In this document: positions 36,360-49,289 of the stretch, one piece after another
Layout of the letters: each line of letters opens with the position of its first letter
How positions within the stretch are numbered: position 1 is the stretch's first letter
Origin: Octopus bimaculoides
Lineage: Eukaryota
Assembly (NCBI RefSeq): GCF_001194135.2
Contig: NC_068991.1
Coordinates: 1,759,795-1,813,186 of the forward strand
DNA: 53,392 bases
Reading direction: 5' to 3'
Notes under the pieces: generated by a model
The model's input: only the letters and a program-made list of their open reading frames with translations
Told to the model about the DNA's origin: nothing
Databases searched by the model: none
Position numbers and translations under genes: made by a program

Positions 36360-38085
36360 NNNNNNNNNNTCTCTCTCTGTCAGTATTATGTGTGTATGTT
36401 GAACAATTAAGAAGACTGCCATTCGTCTGCTTCACCCATGCATTGTATATTTTTTCTTGTACACGTCTCTCTCATATCTTAGTAATTCAATTTCGAAGCA
36501 ACAAATATTGTGACCATTTGACCTGATTTCACTAACGAGAGTCAATCTAAATAATGTGGATATTACTAACGGGTTTTCAGTTTTGAATAACTCCTCGAAA
36601 TTCAGCGAGAAGGAGAATATTTATAGGAAACTGCTTCGAAACCCACGGCTCTTCTACTCTTCTTTAAATTGATATTTTTACCAATAATCTTTGGAGCAGT
36701 TGGTAATGCTAGACAATCTGTAAAGCTAGGATTTTCAAGCTAAGAAAGGGATCGACTAATACACAGTGAGACTCCCTTTGTAAGTGGAACAGTAAAAATA
36801 TGCAAGATTTTTCTAATGTCAATCTGTAACAATTATTGTTGTCGTTATCCAGATTCCAGCTTTTGTTTCTTTGTTAGAAAACGCTTCTTTTCTTCTCGGA
36901 CGGATTCTAATAAATAAATAGATTAATAAGTGAAAACATAAATATATAAATCAAGTAGCTTTATCTGATTTTTATAAGTTGTGTGCATACACAACATGCC
37001 TCCTGTCTGTCCTCCGTTCACTCACAAATAATTAAATTTCAGCTTATGTGTAGATTAAACAACTCCTTTGACAATATGGCGTGTGCAATATCTACATCCC
37101 CAGTCGGAGAGACTGCACTACCAGGGTGAGATAATTAATAGGAAACTGAATATCTGAATATATCTACTTTTTTTTTTCGTCAACCATATTGTGTTGAAAT
37201 ATGCTTTGGTATTTTTGATAAAATGTCTTATTTGCAACGTTGTCTCTATGCAAAGCCATACATTTGCTGTGATATCGCAACGGAGGGCTGCATTTGACTT
37301 CTTGTCGAATATTAAGTCATACAGAGATATCAAGCAGTCCAGTCTTGTTGTTGTTGATGTTGTTCTTATTGGTAGTGGTGGTTATGTTGTTTTGTTGATA
37401 GAAACGCTGTTATAGTTGTGTCTTATTATTACCACCATTTTTGTTGTTTTTCCCTTTCTTTCTTTTATGGCGCCAATAAATAATATTTGATCTGTTCCAT
37501 TGTGATTAGAGTTGTTGGTGCTGCTGATGTTGTTGATTAGTTGCTCATTGGTATTCTTCTTGTTGCTGTCCCTTTTTTTTTCCATTATGGTTACAAGAGA
37601 TTTTATTCGATGTTGTCGATAACAACGTTGATGTTGTAGTTGCTATTACTCCACCGTTCTTTACAGTTCCTATGGTTCTCAATTTTGACAGAATCTGCAG
37701 AATATCACACAAAACGCCTTGCACCACTTTGTTATTATTCCTTTTCGTTCTTAGTTCAAAGGCTTCTGAGATCGAATTTGCCTTTCATTCTTCGAGAGTT
37801 CTATAAAATAAGAAAGTACCAATCAAATACTGGAATCGTTACTATACTCCTGCCTGTCCCTAAATCTATGGGCTCGTGCCTGTCCTAGAAAATTCAATAC
37901 ATTTCCTTGCATAGTCAGGACGGGAAAAGCAGCACCAATGACCCTTCATTTCTTCAGGGAGTCCAAGATCGGACTTTGCCAACTTATTTTAAACAGTACC
38001 ACCCCCGTTTGTTTGTGTTTCGTTCCTGTAATGTCCTCAGCGCCTTAGGACTCTGTGGCCAAGAAAATGCATTATTACTATCTTT

Positions 38086-38360
38086 GGTGAGCTGGCAGAA
38101 TCATTAATGAATCAGTAAAAATGCTTCGCAGCATTTCTTCCGGCCCCTTACATCCTGAGTGAAGTGAGACCAGTGGAGAGGCAAAAGTAGTAGACGATCG
38201 GATTAAATGCTTTGCCTTCTCTTTACGTTCTGAGTTCAAATCCCGTTAGGGTGGATTTTGATTTTTATTGCTCCAATGTCGCTAGAATAATGTACAACTC
38301 AGGCACTGGGGTAGATTATAGTACTCAATTGTGGTCTTGTGCCTGAGTTAAAAACCATAA
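38086..38360 (+). mobile_element. Degenerate family K SINE with a partial head duplication
   Basis: GGTGAGCTGGCAGAATC...CTTTACGTTCTGAGTTCAAATCC...CACTGGGG...GTCTTGTGCC. Confidence 0.65.
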
Positions 38361-39597
38361 GTTATTTACGATTCTTTATTGCCTGAGTGCAAATTTCGGT
38401 AAGGCCAATCGCCTCTGTCATTAATCTTCTCCGTGATCAATAATTTAAAAATCAATCATGCACTAAAACCGTCTTATTCGAATGTAACCCACTTTCTTAC
38501 ACAACTAATCAATGACTGATGCCAATGCAAGAAATGTTTGTACGTTTGTTAAGATGTTTAGATTAGTAAAGTTGTATTCGCATTCAGATACAGAACTCCT
38601 GTGTTCGAGCGATCGGCTCCACAGTATAGCTAATCTCCGCAACAATGGCTCAAGCACGAGAATGAATGAATAAGGGAAGCAGTACATAACATAAATCGGA
38701 ACCGCAAAGAAAGAAAAAAAAGGCGACCAAATTGCGATGTTTTAAATTTAAACATTTCGATAGTTTTAAAATTTCCATTACGGCGACGAAGGAAGCGAAC
38801 TCTACTTCGTTTTCCCTTTAATAAAGAGAAAAGGAATAAATATTATCACTAATACAGTTTCTGAAGGCCCAGTATTTCTCAGCTTGAGATCCAGATGGGT
38901 GAGACACCTTTAATGGAGCGTGCGAGTAACCGGATGTAGTAATAGGGAACTAGGAGTAAAAAGCGCGAAACATCCATCGGCCATATCAGATACATCTTCA
39001 CTTTCAGTATGTGTTTTTGTATACACACGTACACACACACACGCACTCGAAATACGAACAGGCGCACACGCGCACCCGCGCATATATATACACGGAAACA
39101 GATATAAACGTAGGTACATACATACACATGCATACACACATACAAACACGGATACATGCACGCATATATATATATATATATATATATANNNNNNNNNNNN
39201 NNNNNNNNNNNNNNNNNNNNNNNNNNNNNNNNNNNNNNNNNNNNNNNNNNNNNNNNNNNNNNNNNNNNNNNNNNNNNNNNNNNNNNNNNNNNNNNNNNNN
39301 NNNNNNNNNNNNNNNNNNNNNNNNNNNNNNNNNNNNNNNNNNNNNNNNNNNNNNNNNNNNNNNNNNNNNNNNNNNNNNNNNNNNNNNNNNNNNNNNNNNN
39401 NNNNNNNNNNNNNNNNNNNNNNNNNNNNNNNNNNNNNNNNNNNNNNNNNNNNNNNNNNNNNNNNNNNNNNNNNNNNNNNNNNNNNNNNNNNNNNNNNNNN
39501 NNNNNNNNNNNNNNNNNNNNNNNNNNNNNNGTGTGTGTGGCTGTGTGTGTGTGGCTGTGTGTGTGTGGCTGTGTGTGTGTGGCTGTGTGTGTGTGTG

Positions 39598-39883
39598 AAG
39601 GCGGTTAGAGTATTCGGGTCAGGATCGTAAGGCGGTGAGTCCGATTCTTTGAGCAGGACACTTTATTTCACGTTATTCCACTCAGCTGGTAAAAATGAGT
39701 ATTACCTGTATTTCAAAGGGCCAGCATTGTCCCAATTTGTGTCACGTTGACTCTCCCTGAGAATTATGTTAAGGGTACGCATATCAGTGGGATGCTCAGC
39801 CATTTCCACATTAATTTCCCGAGTAGGCTGTTCCGTTGATCGGATCAACGGGAACTCTCATCGTCGTAACCGATGGAGTATCA
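39598..39883 (+). mobile_element. Family M SINE
   Basis: GAGCAGGACACTTTATTTCACG...TCAAAGGGCCAGC...CTGTTCCGTTGATCGGATCAAC...TCGTCGTAACCGATGGAG. Confidence 0.85.
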
Positions 39884-41035
39884 GCTCATATATATATAGA
39901 AATATATATATATGTGTGTCTGTCTGTGTGTATATGGATATGTGTGTATATGGATATGTGTGTATATATATGTGTGTTTGTGTGTGTATGCGTCTATGTA
40001 TGTGTGTGTGTTTAGACACACACACACACACGCACGCACATATATATATATATATATACACACATCTACACACCTATACATCTATATTCAATATAAATAG
40101 TGCTGTCATCTATTTACTGTAACAAAAGTACTGTCATCTCTTTCCCTTTTAATCGATCTATTTAGCTGCGTTGTTGACAGATTGATAGATTAGAGTAAGA
40201 TATCTGGCCTCCTCCACCCAAGAGGTGGTGGGTTACGTATATCTCAGCCCCTCACTGGCAACATACCTCCCTGTTAGTAGTGCATGAGTTTTCTTCTTTC
40301 ATAAACAGAAACATCGGCCATCTTTCACTGAATGAAGAAGATAACCTAAACAAGCGCAGCAACAACAACACCACCAACAACAGCAACAGCAACCTAACGT
40401 TAATACTCAGTCATATATTATCAATGACCTATCTCCTGACATCGTTAGTGAAATAAGTCGAAGGCAGAGAAATGTCGCTCTTCTTTCAATGAAGTTAGAC
40501 AAACTATCATGTCGGCTGCCGGGCCGCAATGTAAACAGAAACACTCTTTATCTTTCGTTTACAGCGAATACTCTGAAAAAGAGTATAGTTGGCCTTTGTT
40601 GTATAATATCTAATGTTTGTTGTCTACGAAGTCCATCCGGGTTGCTAGATTCTGTGAGCTTCAGTGAAAAGATAGTTTAAAGAAGAGATAGTCAGAAAAG
40701 AAAAGAAAAAGTGTGTTAATGAGAAAGATTTTGAAAAAAATTCTCTTCAAATATTTTGAATTCATTCATAATTAGTATACCCTACGCACGCACACACGTA
40801 TAGACACACACAGACACACACGCACATATATATATACATATATATGTGTGTGTGTACATAAATATAATTATAACTTTACATATTTGCGTATTTAAACATA
40901 AGCATACACAGCCAATCAATTATATATGTGTGTGTGTGCGTGTATGTGTGTGCATGTGTATGCAGGTGTTTGCGTGTGCGTGCTTTCGCACTCGCGCATA
41001 TAGACATGCTCAAATATAAATATAAATGTATATTT

Positions 41036-41358
41036 AGGCGCAGGAGTGGCTGTATGGTAAGTAGCTTGCTTCCCAACCACATGGTTCCGAGTTCAGCCTC
41101 ACTGTGTGGCATTTGGGGCAAGTGTCTTCTACTATGGCCCCAGGGCCGTCGAAATGTGAAAAAAAGACCGTTACATTTGCTCTTTTATTTGTTTCAGTCG
41201 TCTGACTGTGAGCAAGCTGAGTGTGTGTGCGCGCGCGCGCGCGCGTGTGTTTGACAACCGGTGTTGATGTGTTTTCCTGTTCGGCAAAAGGGAATGATAG
41301 AAAAAGTACTAGGCTAGACAACAATAATAATAATAATAACTACTTGGGTCGATTCGTG
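41036..41358 (+). mobile_element. Family C SINE interrupted by an antisense family C 3' tip (about 41181-41210)
   Basis: Intact head AGGCGCAGGAGTGGCTGTATGG...GGGCAAGTGTCTTCTACTAT, then CTCTTTTATTTGTTTCAGTC (the antisense tail), a (GC)n/(GT)n tract, and the resumed 3' half. Confidence 0.75.
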
Positions 41359-42009
41359 GTCACAGAGAGAGAGAGAGACAGACAGAGAGAGACAGAGACA
41401 GAGAGAGACAAAGAGAGAGAGAGGTGGAAGATGAATATATGTTTTAATCACATTCTCATGCATATACAATTACATGCATCGATATAAAGTATGTATAAGC
41501 ATACACGTATCCAAACATACAACTGTAAAATATGAATACATAGATAGATACACACACACACACACACACATCTGTCCCAACAACTTTATACATAGACAAA
41601 AGAATAGACATTCAAATATATACTTTGTTTTACATTCGTGGCTAACCATATCCGTATGTTAAATAATCTTATCCTTACATTAGTACATGCAGATGTATGC
41701 ACCGCATACATGCATGCATAGATGTTTATAAACATACACCGTTTTATACATACACGCACACAAAACATATACACACATATATAGGTATACTGGCATATGT
41801 ATATACATGTATGTATAATTTATGGGGGAAATGAGTAACGCCTGACGCCATATGGGTGGATAAATATTCTTTTATTAGAAATTACTATTCTCATACCATG
41901 GGTTTCGTGTCAATATATATTCTAATTGTATAACTGCTAATACATTCACACGAAACCTATGGTACAGGACTACTAATCTCCATTACAAGTAAATATATAT
42001 AAATATATG

Positions 42010-42084
<75 letters not shown>

Positions 42085-42498
42085 AATTCAATGAACAAAC
42101 AATTCAAAAAGCGAGTAAAAAACGAAGAGGGAAAAATATGAATGTGAGGACGCACACAAAAATTATATTAGTTTGACGCTCGGTGAAAAGAGAGAGTTTT
42201 TAATGTTTCGACCTATAATCTCCATCTGTCTGCCGTCCTGAATGTCATCTTCCTACGTTTCTTCCTACATTATTTTCATTGGTTGAATCATTGCTGACTG
42301 CTTTCTTTTTCTCATCACGTGGACATCAATTGTTTTTCTATTAGTGTAGAGACGACACCAAAATTTCGTCCTCTGTCAGCAAGTATTTAGAGTTTCGACC
42401 CTAACCACATGTGTTTCGAAAGAAACACAGAGAGAGAGAGAGAGAGAAACTGACAGACAAAAAGACAGACAGACAGATAGATAGATAGATAGATAATT

Positions 42499-42802
42499 AG
42501 GCGCAGACGTAGGTATGGGGTAAGAAGCTTCCCAACCACATGCTTCCGAGTTCAGTCCCATTGTGTGACACACTAGGTAAGTGTCTACTGCGATAGCCTC
42601 AGACCAACCAAAACTTCACAACCAGGCTTCACAACCGGTGTTGTTGTGTTTGCCTTCTCGTAAGTTAGCGGTTCGTCTAATGTGACCAAGGTAATAAATA
42701 TCAGGCTTAAAATAAGTCATGGGGTCGAATCATTCGACTTAACAGTCAAGGCGGTGCCACTGCATGGCCGCAGTTTAATGACTGAAACATGTAAAAGATA
42801 AA
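42499..42802 (+). mobile_element. Family C SINE with an internal deletion
   Basis: AGGCGCAG...CCCAACCACATG...AGTTCAGTCCC...GGGGTCGAA...GCATGGCCGCAGTTTAATGACTGAAAC. Confidence 0.8.
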
Positions 42803-43067
42803 CGATAAAATATATATATATATATAAATATATGTGTGTGTGTGTGTGTATTATTCATTGTTTTTGCTTTCGTTTTGGGGTTGTAGATCAAGTTTTCTAT
42901 GGAGTTCTCGTTAAAACAGCAGAGCTTTGATTTGCTGTAGTTGTACCAATTTTTAGCCAAGGCTTCTGCATTCAACTGTTTATATCAGTACGACGGGGGT
43001 GTGCAGGTCTGTTTGTTGGTATCATACAGGGAATGATACAATATCTACAGCTAACTATCTATCTATC

Positions 43068-43100
<33 letters not shown>

Positions 43101-43966
43101 NNNNNNNNNNNNNNNNNNNNNNNNNNNNNNNNNNNNNNNNNNNNNNNNNNNNNNNNNNNNNNNNNNNNNNNNNNNNNNNNNNNNNNNNNNNNNNNNNNNN
43201 NNNNNNNNNNNNNNNNNNNNNNNNNNNNNNNNNNNNNNNNNNNNNNNNNNNNNNNNNNNNNNNNNNNNNNNNNNNNNNNNNNNNNNNNNNNNNNNNNNNN
43301 NNNNNNNNNNNNNNNNNNNNNNNNNNNNNNNNNNNNNNNNNNNNNNNNNNNNNNNNNNNNNNNNNNNNNNNNNNNNNNNNNNNNNNNNNNNNNNNNNNNN
43401 NNNNNNNNNNNNNNNNNNNNNNNNNNNNNNNNNNNNNNNNNNNNNNNNNNNNNNNNNNNNNNNNNNNNNNNNNNNNNNNNNNNNNNNNNNNNNNNNNNNN
43501 NNNNNNNNNNNNNNNNNNNNNNNNNNNNNNNNNNNNNNNNNNNNNNNNNNNNNNNNNNNNNNNNNNNNNNNNNNNNNNNNNNNNNNNNNNNNNNNNNNNN
43601 NNNNNNNNNNNNNNNNNNNNNNNNNNNNNNNNNNNNNNNNNNNNNNNNNNNNNNNNNNNNNNNNNNNNNNNNNNNNNNNNNNNNNNNNNNNNNNNNNNNN
43701 NNNNNNNNNNNNNNNNNNNNNNNNNNNNNNNNNNNNNNNNNNNNNNNNNNNNNNNNNNNNNNNNNNNNNNNNNNNNNNNNNNNNNNNNNNNNNNNNNNNN
43801 NNNNNNNNNNNNNNNNNNNNNNNNNNNNNNNNNNNNNNNNNNNNNNNNNNNNNNNNNNNNNNNNNNNNNNNNNNNNNNNNNNNNNNNNNNNNNNNNNNNN
43901 NNNNNNNNNNNNNNNNNNNNNNNNNNNNNNNNNNNNNNNNNNNNNNNNNNNNNNNNNNNNNNNNNN

Positions 43967-44333
43967 TTCAGTGATTTGACTGCGGCCATGCTGGAGCACC
44001 GCCTTTAGTCGAACAAATCGACCCCAGGACGTATTCTTAGTAAGCCTAGTCCTTATTCTATCGGTCTGTTTTGCCGAACTGCTAAGTTACGAGGACGTAA
44101 ACACACCAACATCAGTTGTCAAAGCGATGGTGGGGGGACAAATACACGCACAAACATATATACATATATACGACGGGCTTCTTTCAGTTTCCGTCTACGA
44201 AATCCACTCACAAGGCTTTGGTCGGCCCGAGGCTATAGTAGAAGACACTTGCCTAAGGTGCCACGCAGTGGGACTGAACCCGGAACCATGTGGTTGGCAA
44301 GCAAGCTACTTACCACACAGCCACTCCTGTACG
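43967..44333 (-). mobile_element. Family C SINE, best-preserved copy (3' tip cut by the gap)
   Basis: Minus strand: A-box TGGCTGTGTGG, B-box GGTTCAGTCCC, CORE-like GTGGCACCTTAGGCAAGTGTCTTCTACTATAGCCTCGGG, an internal TA/TG tract and the full 3' module. Confidence 0.9.
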
Positions 44334-45160
44334 TGTTTAGGAATATATTTATATAATCAAGTTGGTGAACCTAAGAGTAACGACATAAATGAAATTTTTC
44401 TTTTATTGCTTTCTTTCCTTTTCTCCTTTGAATTCTCTCTCTCCCTCTCACCCTCTCTCCCGCACTCTCTCTTTCTGTCTCTCGTTCTCTCTCCCTCCCT
44501 CTCTGCATTTTACTACGTTTCTTTAAATTTAATGTCTTTCACAAATATAAACATGGCTATCTGTCAATCTCTCTCTATGTACATATCAAACAATCTAAGA
44601 ATATGCATGTGTATTTATATGTATATACATATATATATATATACATGTTTATATACATATATGCATTCTTACATACATGCTCATTTACATACATACACAC
44701 ATTTATAAATATAATATATATACACATATATATATGTCATCAGCACCCGTGTATATATATATATATACACACACACACTGGTGAATGACTGATTTTATGA
44801 ACACATAAATGCATACATGCATACATACATACACACACATACATATATACATACGTACACACACACACGCACGCACAAACGTATATACATAGATACACAC
44901 TTACATACACACACATACATATATACATACATGCACATACATACATACATACATACATACATACGCTCATACATACATGCATGCATACATACATACATAA
45001 ATGCGTGCAAATATCTTTTTAATCCTGAAAGCTGAACTCTAATTGTGTGCGTTACGTTTCTGATAGTTGAAATGATTCTTGCAAAAAGATCGTTTGAACA
45101 AGCGGAACCGTGAAAGTCTAAATTATGATTCAAGACATTCTACCTTCTAAGCATATTTAC

Positions 45161-45191
<31 letters not shown>

Positions 45192-45216
45192 ATGAAGCAG
45201 AAAGAAATACTTACAC

Positions 45217-45247
<31 letters not shown>

Positions 45248-45252
45248 AACGG

Positions 45253-45294
<42 letters not shown>

Positions 45295-48200
45295 GTGTGT
45301 GTGTGTAAACTGCTGTCCATCAACACTAGCTCTGCTCCACAGTATCCAATCAATATGTAGAGATATGCCAGTGATATGCCAACTCTGCTTGTCTTACCAT
45401 CTTTCTCCTCATTTAAGCCGATTAATTCACTGAACGCTCTTTTATATTATTAATATTATTTTTAATATCTTTCTGTTTGNNNNNNNNNNNNNNNNNNNNN
45501 NNNNNNNNNNNNNNNNNNNNNNNNNNNNNNNNNNNNNNNNNNNNNNNNNNNNNNNNNNNNNNNNNNNNNNNNNNNNNNNNNNNNNNNNNNNNNNNNNNNN
45601 NNNNNNNNNNNNNNNNNNNNNNNNNNNNNNNNNNNNNNNNNNNNNNNNNNNNNNNNNNNNNNNNNNNNNNNNNNNNNNNNNNNNNNNNNNNNNNNNNNNN
45701 NNNNNNNNNNNNNNNNNNNNNNNNNNNNNNNNNNNNNNNNNNNNNNNNNNNNNNNNNNNNNNNNNNNNNNNNNNNNNNNNNNNNNNNNNNNNNNNNNNNN
45801 NNNNNNNNNNNNNNNNNNNNNNNNNNNNNNNNNNNNNNNNNNNNNNNNNNNNNNNNNNNNNNNNNNNNNNNNNNNNNNNNNNNNNNNNNNNNNNNNNNNN
45901 NNNNNNNNNNNNNNNNNNNNNNNNNNNNNNNNNNNNNNNNNNNNNNNNNNNNNNNNNNNNNNNNNNNNNNNNNNNNNNNNNNNNNNNNNNNNNNNNNNNN
46001 NNNNNNNNNNNNNNNNNNNNNNNNNNNNNNNNNNNNNNNNNNNNNNNNNNNNNNNNNNNNNNNNNNNNNNNNNNNNNNNNNNNNNNNNNNNNNNNNNNNN
46101 NNNNNNNNNNNNNNNNNNNNNNNNNNNNNNNNNNNNNNNNNNNNNNNNNNNNNNNNNNNNNNNNNNNNNNNNNNNNNNNNNNNNNNNNNNNNNNNNNNNN
46201 NNNNNNNNNNNNNNNNNNNNNNNNNNNNNNNNNNNNNNNNNNNNNNNNNNNNNNNNNNNNNNNNNNNNNNNNNNNNNNNNNNNNNNNNNNNNNNNNNNNN
46301 NNNNNNNNNNNNNNNNNNNNNNNNNNNNNNNNNNNNNNNNNNNNNNNNNNNNNNNNNNNNNNNNNNNNNAGGAGGGGGGAGGAGGAGGGGGGAGGGTGCG
46401 GCTGTGTGATTTTCTGATAGCACCAGTAAATCATTGGCTTCACAATGCCAGATACTTCGAAGAGAAAACTATAGTTGCCCCCACACCCCACACCCCATCC
46501 AGTTCCCCTGGATCACAAGAACTTAGGATTCTAAAGCCTGGAATGGTGAACGGCAAAGGTGACTGGAACCGGATTCGCACTCACTACGCAAGAGACATAA
46601 TTTATACCTCATTCTATTTTCTCCGGTACGCCATTGATTATACTACCACAAGAGCCATCCATAAACCACGGCGTTGTGGCACCTCCACTACACCCTGAGT
46701 TGTGAAATACTCCAAATAATAAGGGCAAAGAATTAGAAACACGTTACGAAACGGTGGTGGTTTATACTGAAATCGAATGAAATGTGATATCATTTGACGA
46801 CAGACAGCACAGCATACCAAATATAGTAATGCCTTTAAAAGGAAATTGCCAAGTAGAACCAATCAAAGCGCTCCTTACATCTAGTTACCCTAACTAATGT
46901 CGTCTGCCAGCTCTCAATAGCCCGGTTGACTTGCTCATGTTGACAGCTGATGAACTCATTCTGTATTAGAAGCACGAATTTACAACTGTTGGAATATAAA
47001 GGTACATTCGATGTTGCCGATTACATAACTGGTATTGTCATGCTAGTGCTGTCGTTCGTATTTAGCTCCATATGTGTTCTGGATGGGAACCACAGCAGCC
47101 ATGTTGATGCCCGTCTTATAATCACTCATTTAACCGAGATCATCTTATCCAATATGTCTTTGTTATATTAGCAATAACAGTTGGATGTAATTAGCTACAG
47201 TCACGAGCAAATCGTGTGGCCAAGTAGAGGCTACTTGTTAGTTCGAACTAAAATTATTGAACACTGAAGGAACTGGGGGGGGGGAGATAAAGCCAGGTCT
47301 GGTTTTGTCGCATCGATGATGTAGCAGAGAATATAGGTTATCGTATATCTCTCATATTTATTTCATCGATTTTGTAAAGATAAAACGCTCACACTACGTC
47401 CCGTTGGGATTTGAACCCGGTCTCTATATTGGCAATAAAAATACTGTGAAGTTCTTTGTGGTTTATAACACCCCCTCCATCTACTTCTAAAACACCACCC
47501 TCCCCTCCACTCTCGCCGCCTTCATGTAGTAATTATTGGTGTCAGCTCCTCATCAATTTTGATAGAAGCAGCAGACTTACAACCAAAGGACTCTCCAGCA
47601 ACAGCCATTCCCACTTAATCAATGTCCCAGTGTTCCCCATTAGGTTCCGTTTTTCGTTCAGTTCTGCGCATTTTTTTGTTGTTTATCCCAGCTAAAATAC
47701 GACCCCCCCCCCCACTCAGTGTATATTAATCTGCAGCTGCTGTAGATTACACAGGGAATTGCGAGTACAATGGGTTTTGTTCTTTAAAGCTACGTCTTGT
47801 ACATCTGGAATTTGGTCCAGAGAATGATACAAGTCCACAACAATCCACTTCCACATTGTCACCTACCCGACATAACCCGTTACCGCACTTAACGATCACT
47901 CTTATATAACCATCAACCCCTTTCTTAAGACGGCTGGGTGCCAACGGAAGAAGATTTGATTACTATTTCTAGCAGGTCAAGCGACCATTCTATGATTTTC
48001 TCGATGGTCTGAAGATCAATCAACTTACGTGACGTTATTCCCGCGACGGTCAGCCTTATCAGCAACCGACGGTTTTGGTAAGTGCTGACCATGGTCTCAT
48101 GTTTAACACCAGGTGTGAGTGAATGTGTGTGTATACGTGTGTATACGTGTGTCTTTGTGTGTACGCATTTGTGTATGTGAGTGAGTGTGTGTGTGTGTGT

Positions 48201-48884
48201 GTGTCTGTGTGTGTGTGTGTGTGTGAGTGTGATAGTGCGGTTAATCACATGACTACTAGTAAATATTAAATGAACTGAGGAAATGTGAAAATAGAAGCGA
48301 AAGTGAAAAAAAATATGAAAGTCTTCCGCTTAATTCCTGGGAGTACAACACACACACACACACACACATACACACACACACACACACACATTTCTAATGT
48401 GTGACGAAACCGAGTTACAGTTTTTCTCACGTTGTTTTTTGTTTTTTATTATTTTATAATTTTGTACTTTAGTTGTGAATTAATGTATCTGTGAATAAGT
48501 CAGTTCGGCGACAGTGGCCACATTAAATGTCGACATTAACACTTTCTCTGACAGATCATTTCATTATTTAAGACATTTTAACTATCAACCATTCCATTTA
48601 TTCCACACACTTTCTCACTTTTCGCCCTTTCTCTATGAGTTTTATGTTTAATGCCGGTTGTTGATACTGTTTTTGTTGTTGCCTTTTGCTATTAATTTAT
48701 TTTTGTCGTTGTTGTTGTTTCCCTTTGTTTCAAATTTTCATATTTCTTTTATGATTCATTTCCGCCATTTTGTTTGACTATCTTTTATTAATTATTACCA
48801 TAATAATTCTTTGCGTTTTTTGTTTGTTTGTTTGTTTTGATATAATGGTCATCAATCTTGTTGACTCTTAATGTCGTTGGTGTT

Positions 48885-48916
<32 letters not shown>

Positions 48917-49196
48917 AAGGGTGAGAGTGGGGTGGGGGTAGTCGTCGTCGTCGTGGTTCTTGTTCCTGATTTCACTTCTCATCTGGCAGACTTGCTATCA
49001 TAGGGTTCCAACAATGACCATCATCCGGTTTTATTTTACAACAATTACTCCATAACAACGTTACATCAATGTGTCCTTCCCTTTTACACAAGTAGACATT
49101 TAAATAAAGACAGGTTTAGCCGCTATTCCTAGCAGTTCAAATGATCGCCAAAGAGCTTAATATTGCTTGGTTGCCACGGTTGTGTTACTGCTGCTA

Positions 49197-49289
49197 TTGA
49201 TGATGATGTTGGTGCTGGTGCTGGTGCTGGTGGTGATGATGATGATGATGATGATGATGATGGTGATGGTGGTGGTGGTGGTGGTGGTG
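49197..49289. repeat. Compound (GAT)n/(GCTGGT)n/(GGT)n tract
   Basis: Direct reading; source of the poly-His/Gln ORF at 49194..49454. Confidence 0.9.

Noticed and set aside
37905-37916. miR-153-like TTGCATAGTCA
   Set aside because: Only 11 nt match and there is no precursor hairpin. I noticed no other conserved miRNA by eye.
46950-47171. Hydrophobic ORF faintly like GPCR TM2 (VADYITGIVMLVLSF)
   Set aside because: No following TM3 cysteine or DRY motif and no coherent splice structure.
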